64,000 bases of DNA from positions 55,862,001 to 55,926,000 of the forward strand of contig OZ024746.1 in assembly GCA_964016885.1 (NCBI GenBank). Reading direction: 5' to 3'. Positions 55,498 through 64,000 of this stretch are shown here, piece by piece. Source of the DNA: Eledone cirrhosa. Its lineage: Eukaryota. Made by a program: the position numbers and the translations under genes. The notes beneath the pieces were generated by a model that worked only from the letters and a program-made list of their open reading frames with translations, searched no databases and was not told the origin of the DNA. Position 1 is the first letter of the stretch, and every line of letters begins with the position of its first letter.

Positions 55498-58400
55498 ATG
55501 CCTAAAAAAAGGACACCCTTATTACGACTGACGCGGTCTCAGATAACGAAAAGAAGGAGGCTGCCTGAGGCGTCGTCGAGCATTAGACAGCCTGAAATAG
55601 CGGGGTGTTCAGTGAATGCAACAGCTCTGTCAACAGGACAGAAATGCTGCTTCCATTGCACCTTCACAGGTAACTGAAAATGATGACGAATGTTTATTCC
55701 GACGCACCAGAAATGCTTCTTCAACTGCATCCTTATGTGCTGCAGTGAAACACGTGGAACGTCAAACTCAGCTTGCAAGAAATGCAACGGCAAAGCAGCT
55801 ACGCGAGCTGCAGAGAATGATGTTCAACGTAAACTCCGTCAAAGCAGATATGCGACTGCTACTGCAACTGTACGAGCTGCAGAGAATGCTATTGAACGTA
55901 GACTTCGTCAGAGCAGAGATGCGGCTGCTACTGCAGCTGCGCGAGAAGCGGAGACAGCAGGTAACCGAACTATTCGACTGGGGGGTGTTTTTCAGTATAA
56001 AGCCAATAAGCGGGGTATTTCGAGGGCTGCGAAATCACGGTGGTCATTGAAGGCTTTCAATTATGTCCCCGCTAATAATTATGCTACACACCTTCATATT
56101 CAAATTGGTGACATGTCTGGAATTTGCCAGTTTTGCAAAGCTAAAAAGTGGCCGGGCGAACCAGCCGGAATGTGCTGCTCTAATGGTAAGGTCAACTTGC
56201 ACCCTCCTAGAGATCCACCACAGCCATTGAGGCTTCTTCTTACAGGCACCCATTCACTCTCCAGAGCTTTCCTTCTAGATATTCGACATTATGTGGATTG
56301 GCAGTATCAGTAGAGAGTCGGACGCCATGCTTTTCAGCATAGTTACGTCCCTTTACGGTCTGTGTTCAAATCCCGCCGAGGTTAACTTTGCCTTTCATCC
56401 TTACGGGGTCGATAAAATAAAGTACCAGTAATGTGCTGGGTAATTGCTGGCATTGTGCCAAAAGTAGAAACAATTATAATTGTGCCTTCCAAATGACATC
56501 TTTTGGATCGAGTTATGAATATGAAGGTGGATTTATGCCCACTTTCAAAGTTCAAGGTCAGGTTTATCATCTTATCGGATCACTGGAGCCTGTAGATAAT
56601 AAAGAGCCCCGATTTCTCCAGGTCTACTTCATGTCCAACTGCCTTCAACAAGCTACAAGGCGAATTACATTTGCCTTCCCAAAAGAAAAAACGAATAACT
56701 TAACTGACTGTCCACAAGCAACAAGGAAATATTCAATTGCCTATGACACTAGACAGGTGCTCCTTTTTGAACTTCAAGACATGCTTCATAGTCACAACAG
56801 CTATGTTCAGAGCTTTAAATATGCATTAGAAACAGCTCCTGTTGATAATTACTATGTTGTCATTGATGCTGACAAGCGGCCATCTGGAGAACATGCAGGC
56901 CGCTATAATTCACCTTCTTTGAATGAGGTTGCGATACTTCTCGCTGGTGATCAGCACAACAAACGTGACATTGTTATCAAGCATCGCGACCACGGACTTC
57001 AACGGATCAGTGAAACACACAGATCATACGAAGCACTCCAATACCCACTGCTTTTTGTATATGGAGAGGATGGATACCATTTTGGCATTCCACAATGTAA
57101 CTCTACCAATTCAGAGGTTCATTCTACCAAAACAGTTTCATGCAAGGACTTCTATGCATTTCGATTCATGATCCGAGATGACTGTTTTAATCACCTCCAC
57201 CGCTCTCAAGACCTTTTCAACCAGTATGCAACTGACATGTGTGCAACAATGGAATCAGAGAGATTGTGTTTTATCAAACTCAATCAAAAAAAGTTGCGTT
57301 GTGACAGCTATACACCTTCGGGATGGAATGAACAATGATGCGGATCCTGAGAGTCTTGGAAAAGTATGCATTCTGCCCTCTATCTTCACGGGAAGCCCTC
57401 GATATATGCATGAAAGGACTCATGACGCCATGACAATTGTACGACATTACGGTAGGCCAGACTTATTCATAACTTTTATATGTAACCCCAATTGGAAGGA
57501 GATTGAGGACGAACTCCTTCCTGGTCAGAACGCCACACGCCGACATGATCTCGCAGCTAGAGTATTCCGACTTAAGTTACTTAAGCTTATGGATCTTATG
57601 AAATTAGGGGAGGTTTTCGGACCAGTTCAATGTGACATGTACACAATCGAATGGCAAAAAAGGGGCCTCCCCCATGCTCATATTCTTATTTGGCTGACAA
57701 CAAAGGTTAGTTCTAACGACATTGACAGGATCATCTCTGCAGAATTACCAGATCCTTCCACTGACAAGGACTTGTACATGAAAGTTAGGGCACATATGGT
57801 GCATGGTCCATGTGGGCCTGGCTTTAGAACCGACTTACCATGCGTTACAGGCAATAAAAGATGCACTAAAAAATTTCCCCGTCAATTTATTCGCGATACT
57901 CAGACTGGCAATGATGGCTACCCATTATATAGACGTAGGCGACCTGAAGATGGAGGTTTTACGGCTAGGGTTAAGAATGGTGAGGTTGACAACAGATGGA
58001 TCATTCCCTAGTGTCCACTCCTGCTCAGTACTTTCAACGCACACATTAATGTTGAATTCTGTAGCTCCGTCAAGTGCATCAAATACATATGTAAGTATGT
58101 TAATAAAGGTTCTGACGCTGCTTCGTTCGGTATACTCAACGAAAATAATAGAGACGAAGTAACACAATTCCAAGTAGGTCGATACATAAGTAGTAGCGAG
58201 GCCTTTTGGCGAATCTTTGGTTTTCCAATACATGATAGGCACCCTTCAATTGTAAAATTAGATGTACACCTAGAACACGGTCAACGGGTGTATTATACCA
58301 ATGAAAATGCCGCTGAATTAGCACAGACCCCAAGGGAGACAACTTTAACTGGATTCTTCAAACTGTGCAAATACGATGAGTTCGCAAAATCATTGCTGTA

Positions 58401-60427
58401 TCCTCAGGTGCCATCATACTACACATGGAACAAAAAAACATGGTGTCGCAGAAAGACTGGCCAACCAGTTATTGGAGTTCCTGGAATCAAATTCACTAAT
58501 TGCTTGGGGCGAGTGTATACGGTTCCTCCAAATCAACACAGGTGCTTCTATCTTCGAATGCTACTGCATGAGGTCAAAGGACCGACCAGTTTTCAGGACC
58601 TCAGAACTTTCAGTAATCGTGTTTGGTCTACATACAGAGATGCCTGTTTGGCTCGTGGAATGCTTGAAGATGACTCACGATGGGATGCACCTTGGTGGAG
58701 ATCGCTTCATCACACTCAGCTGGAAGCCTACGAGAGGTCTTTGCAAAGCTTCTTCACTTATGTAACATTTGTGATCCCTACACATTATGGTTGAAGTTTC
58801 GGAACCAACTGTCTGAGGACTTCCTTCACCAGGCTCAACTACTACTTCCTGACATAGAAATATATTTCAGTGATGATTTATACAATAAAGGGCTTATAGA
58901 TATAGAGGACAGGGTTTTCCTTATGGGTGGGAATGTCCTGCCAGCATACGGTCTTCCACAAACCCACCGCACTGATTCTAATAAAATTCCAATTCTCATC
59001 ATCCAAGAAACATCTTATGATGTCGATGCTCTAGCTAGATATGTGTTTCAAATGGAATCAAAACTACTTCCTGATCAACAATTAGCATACAACACTATCA
59101 CTGATTATGTATTTCATCGATCGGGTGGTATCTTCTTTCTTGATGCCCCTGGAGGCACTGGAAAACCTTTGTGACTAAACTTATTCTTGCCAAAGTTAGA
59201 CAGAATGAAGTTATCGCAATAGCTGTTGCATCATCTGGTATTGCTGCAACACTACTTCCTGGCGGCAGGACAGCACATTCTACCTTTAAGCTTCCGCTTA
59301 ACTTGGTATCAGCTGAAACACCGCTCTGTGACATCACCAAGGATAGTCCCAGAGCAGAACTGCTACGGCGGTTCCAACTGATTGTGTGGGATGAATGTAC
59401 CATGGCTCACAAAGGAGCTATTGAGGCCTTAGATAGAACGCTAAAAGACATTAGAGACTGTCAGGAGACCATGGGGGGTGTAACTCTTTTGCTTTCAGGG
59501 GACTTTCGACAAACTTTGCCGGTTATTCCAAAGGGCACCAGAGCGGATCAAGTTCGGGCCTGCCTGAAGTCTTCTCCATTGTGGCAACAGGTAACAACAC
59601 TTCGTCTGACCACTAACATGTGTATTCAACTGCATGGCGATACTGTGTCTGAAAAATTTGCTGAAGACCTTCTCATTCTTGGCGACGGCAAAGTACCTTC
59701 AGATGTGCATAGAGACATTGCACTCGACAATATATGCTGTCTGGTTAACACTGTCGAAGATCTCAAGGCAGCCGTTTTTCCCAGCTTGGTAGATAATTAC
59801 CGCAATCATGCATGGCTGTGTGAGAGGGCTATATTGGCTCCTACAAATGTCACTGTCTCCGCCATTAATCGCCAAATGCTTGAAAGTCTTCCTGGAAATG
59901 ATATGACTTTTAAGTCTATTGATACCAATGTTGATCCACATGATGCGGTCAGTTATCCCATTGAATTCCTCGATTCATTGGACATTCCTGGTCTACCTCA
60001 ACATATTTTGTCTCTCAAGGAAGGATGTCCAGTTATACTTCTCAGGAATATAACTCCTCCCGAGCTTTGCAATGGTACACGCCTTGTTGTCAATAGGATG
60101 TCACAGCACATTATTTATGCTACGATTATGTCAGGGTGTGGAAAAGGAGAAGATGTTTTAATACCTATGGTAACTCTTACTACATCAGAAGTGGATGCAC
60201 CCTATTCTTTTAAAAGAACTCAATTTCCCCTTCGTGCTGCCTTTGCTATGTCCATCAACAAGTCCCAGGGTCAGACTTTATCTGTTGCAGGACTTCACCT
60301 GGAGGAACCATGTTTCTCACATGGACAATTCTACGTTGGATGTTCTCGAGTTGGCAGCCGGAATAACCTTTTTGCCTTTGCTCCAAATGGAAAAACAAAG
60401 AATATTGTATACCGTGAGGTTTTATAG
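55498..60427 (+). pseudogene. Helitron Rep/PIF1-family helicase (RepHel), disrupted by a SINE, frameshifts and a stop
   Basis: MPKKR start; CQFCKA.KW..E...CC..G zinc motif; Rep motifs PDLFITF, IEWQKRGLPHAHILIW, KYICKYVNKG; helicase motifs DAPGGTGK, IVWDECTM, GDFRQTLPV, FAMSINKSQGQT; frame breaks near 57310, 58690 and 59170, TAG at 58009. Confidence 0.95.
56293..56477 (+). mobile_element. SINE inserted in the Helitron ORF with a short ATTAT target-site duplication
   Basis: ATTAT at 56288-56292 and 56473-56477; removing the insert restores IRHY-NCAFQMTSFG in frame. Confidence 0.9.
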
Positions 60428-61728
60428 AGTTTTTATGTTCAAAATGGCAATGTTACACCAACTGCCTTAAATATATAGCATCTACGAAACCTGAAAAAAG
60501 GAGGAGACATATTCAACATTGACGCAGTGCATTCTATTGACACCTAGACATACTTTCAGTGCATTTGCAGAGTAATTTACAGTTACCAATGCAACAGTGA
60601 ATCACTTCTCATTTGAATTGTCTACCATTGTACAAATATATGTCAAACAACAGAACTATATACAAACTTATTCGCACTTCGTATTTGCACACACCGCCAT
60701 CATATGCACCCACACATACGCCCACACACAGTCAAAAGAACGACATACATGCGTGATCATGCATTAACACACACGCGACATCAGCAACTTCGAAACTGAC
60801 GACATGACGCCAACTTCTTAACAAGCACAACGCCTCTGACACCATAGGACACATCACGAGACCTATAGGCCCGGCATTGCTTGCAAGTGAAAGTGGACTC
60901 TGGAATTGATGCTTTCGATTGTTAAGGACACCCCTCCAGTCGCTGACAAGTCCGGCGTTTAATACATAGACACACACAACTTGCCGCATACATACACAGA
61001 TCGTTTCCGTCATTTCTTTCATTGTTTCAATATACATTCCGACATGGACAACAAGCGACAACAGCATTTCTGGTGCGTCAAAGTAAACTTTCGTCATCAT
61101 TCTCAGTTGCACCTGAAGATGGAAGCAGCATTTCTGTTTTGTTGATTTTAGTGATTCTTTTTGGTGAATATGGCATTTGCTGCAGCTATCCATTTCGCAT
61201 GCTGTGGCTGTCTATAATCTGCCCGTCAAACTCACCATGGGTATGTTATGAGCTCTTCATACTTTATACTTAAACATCTGAGCTATTACATTGTCAATAT
61301 TTTTTATCACAAGTGCAAACCTCTTTGATGCTGCCTGCCCCCTCGACTTCAGATAACGCATTTTTTTTTTTGTTCTTCATGTCCATCCAATTTCTTTGTT
61401 TCAAAATAACTGATAATTTGGTTACGCTAATGTTTTTCTCTGCGTTGCAGTGTTTACATTTTCGATCTTTGTTAATAAATAACTAGTGCAGTTTTTATAC
61501 CCAGCATCCTCTTTTGTTATAACATTCGGGTTATCGTTATGTTTTCTTAACTTCATAAGGCATATTGTTGGTTGAGGGAATATTAATCAAAAACACCACA
61601 TGCAAGTCTGCACAGTAGACACTACAGTTTTTTAAGCCAAAAAAGAAACTTAACATTGTAACTTTAACACAGCTACTGAGCGACCCCGAGCAACGCCGGG
61701 CTTTACTGCTAGTATATATATATACATG

Positions 61729-61907
61729 TTTCTACTTTAGGCACAAGGCCAGCAATTACCCAGTGCATTACTGGTACTTTATTTTATCGACCCCGTAAGG
61801 ATGAAAGGCAAAATCAACATCGGCGAGATTTGAACTCAGATCGTAAAGGTACGTAACTATGCTGGAAAGCATGGCGTCCGACCCTCTACCGATACTGCCA
61901 ATCCACC
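61729..61907 (-). mobile_element. SINE copy
   Basis: Reverse complement of the family, ending GATACTGCCAATCCACC. Confidence 0.88.
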
Positions 61908-62635
61908 AATAATGATATAATATATAATACGATATGTCGTAGTGGAGACGTCAGGTGTCCTTGGCCATAGGGCTACCTCCCTACTCACCACCACCGGAAC
62001 GGAGTTGGCTACCCGTAGGTGTGAGCCTCGTGGGCTGGAATATCTTTTCGAACGCGCTTCCCTCCCCATCCTCGGAGGAAACACCTCTATTCTGTCCGTC
62101 AGATCCGTGTGGTGGCCAGAGGGTGGGACGAGTGAGTGAGACGGAGGCAGTAACTATACAAACGTTGAAATATTTTTTAGAGTCAAGGGTTAATTGATTT
62201 TACTATGCCTGTGCGCGGCCACCCTAGTATGCTTGTATGTACTATAGGGTCATTATTCAGTATTTTAGACACAAACGCAAACACATTTCTTTCATTAGAA
62301 ATATAGGTAGAGTTTTATAATTTCGCTCGTTAGGTATGACAGGTGAAATTTAAGATTTTTCCAGGGATTTCTAATGTCTTTTCAACGAATCTGACTTTCA
62401 AAGCCGTCGGCATTTATTCGTTTTTTAGTTAACTGGGGAAGGTCGGCAGGGAAAACAAATTTCAACGCGGGACGGATGTAATTGTAAAACATTAAAGGAA
62501 GGTGGCACGGGCAGGGAGGGGTAAAGTGTATATATTTATCTAAATACCTTCCATCATAATTTTATATATCACATGTATCATAAATACTATACATTCCGGA
62601 GGCTGCCATCACACGATTTGTTGATTACATAACAG

Positions 62636-62677
<42 letters not shown>

Positions 62678-62843
62678 TTGGTTGTGCACTCTTCTTTGAG
62701 TGGTTTTGGGCTGCCATTTCTAGCCGCTCATTCCCCCAAGGCCACTGGTTCACTGACCTTTGCACGCATTCACTTCTCTCTACCACGTGTTTCGAGGCAG
62801 TTATCTTAAATTTTCTTAGAGTTGTCTGGAATGTATAAACTTA

Positions 62844-62927
62844 ACACACGCTGATGAACCATAGCTATTTCCATTCCATTCCTAATTTTGGGGGGCGAAA
62901 CAAATCTCTTTGGATTTGTACGTGTGT
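62844..62927 (+). ncRNA. Canonical type I hammerhead ribozyme with full stem III
   Basis: Stem I ACACACG/CGTGTGT, CTGATGA (62851), GAAA (62897), stem III CAAATC/GATTTG, GUA cleavage triplet; stem II weak. Confidence 0.78.
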
Positions 62928-63056
62928 GATATATAGTTATAGAGGTGGGTATATTCATGTTGATTTATATTTTTAATTATTATGTGCCTACATCACCTTT
63001 CGTAGTTTATAGATTCCATACACTGGTAGTTTTCCCTGTTTATTAATAGCACACAC

Positions 63057-63121
63057 TCTCTCTCTCTAGTGTGTTATCCTTTCTAAATATTGTATATTTA
63101 TACATATATACATACATGTAT

Positions 63122-63180
<59 letters not shown>

Positions 63181-63710
63181 TACAATATGTAGAAAGGATA
63201 ACATATATATATATATATGCAGAAGTTATATTTAATTTGTTGGGATTCAACAAGCTTAAAAGTTTTATAACTGATATAAAGCACTCAACAAGTTATGGAG
63301 TATATATATTCAATATATTAATAAATGGAAACTATATTTATAAAACCATAATTATTTTATTACATATATTTCAAGGGCAACCAAGCAGTTTTGGTGCGCT
63401 TTTATCAGATAAAATACAAAATTTGTTTTATAAAAATCAATACCCTTAGAAAAACAACAGTGACGGTTGAAGGTTCGCTGGATAGTCAGCAGACCTTCAA
63501 CCGTCAATGTTGTTTTTTATGAGACAAATTTTATATTTTATCTGATGAAAGCGAACCAAAACTGCCTTGGTTGCCCTTGAAATATATATAATAAAATAAT
63601 TATGGTTTTATAAATATAGTTTCCATTTAATAATATATTGTATATATATGTATGTATGTATATATAAATATACAACGTGTAGAAAGGATAAAACACTAGA
63701 GAGAGAGAGT
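63057..63710. mobile_element. Diverged fold-back element with a hammerhead in each arm
   Basis: Centre TGACGGTTGAAGG..GCTG-GATAGT-CAGC..CCTTCAACCGTCA (~63483); CTGATGA (63542)...GAAA (63579)-TATATA-TA with stem I ATTTTAT/ATAAAAT; the mirror copy has core CTGATAA (63408-63402). Confidence 0.8.
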
Positions 63711-63951
63711 ATATATATATCCAGGGAGTGTAACGCGGAGGTACTACAGGTTCACCCGGTATCGAGGTGTAGAGCTAGACAGAGTGTAGTATAATACAAT
63801 ATAACAAGGACGAGTGGTTACTCATTCATCAAGTTTATTGGTTGGTGACGCGCGTTTCGCTGTTGATCAGCTCCAGGTTCAATCTGTATCGAACTAACCC
63901 GACTCTGTAATCAACTGCTCGTCGGATCTCTTTTGTGGTAATGGCGGAAGG

Positions 63952-64000
<49 letters not shown>

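Larger units (their letters stand above)
54574..61712 (+). mobile_element. Full-length Helitron (rolling-circle transposon), inactivated
   Basis: 5' TCTATATATATAAAG preceded by A; 3' hairpin CCCG-AGCAACGC-CGGG then CTAG (61709-61712) followed by T; internal Rep-helicase pseudogene. Confidence 0.9.

Overview
AT-rich, microsatellite-saturated eukaryotic DNA with no supportable host gene; the SINE family and repeat landscape suggest an octopus or other cephalopod (inference). Nearly all non-(TA)n sequence is mobile DNA, and the many 'IYIYIY' ORFs are translation artefacts of (TA)n. It holds two decayed APE-RT LINEs (about 1.4-3.8 kb minus, 13.2-16.9 kb plus), an L1/Tx1-like 3' fragment, a full-length but inactivated Helitron (54574-61712), nine copies of one tRNA-type SINE, and a dense cluster of Penelope-like elements (PLEs) inserted in (TA)n, mostly as fold-back structures. 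Highlights: (1) an apparently intact Neptune-type PLE (33769-39527) whose upstream ORF overlaps the RT/GIY-YIG frame at a correctly phased U-UUU-UUA slippery heptamer, predicting a programmed -1 ribosomal frameshift and a ~1198-aa fusion; (2) about 17 hammerhead-ribozyme motifs, many with a varying but self-complementary stem-III hexamer and some with ~100-nt stem II; (3) non-coding, terminally redundant hammerhead units resembling retrozymes (5011-8411, 49281-50035); (4) head-to-head fusions of different PLE lineages; (5) a ~160-aa in-frame Asn-rich insert in a Naiad-like PLE. All calls are by eye and unverified by database search.
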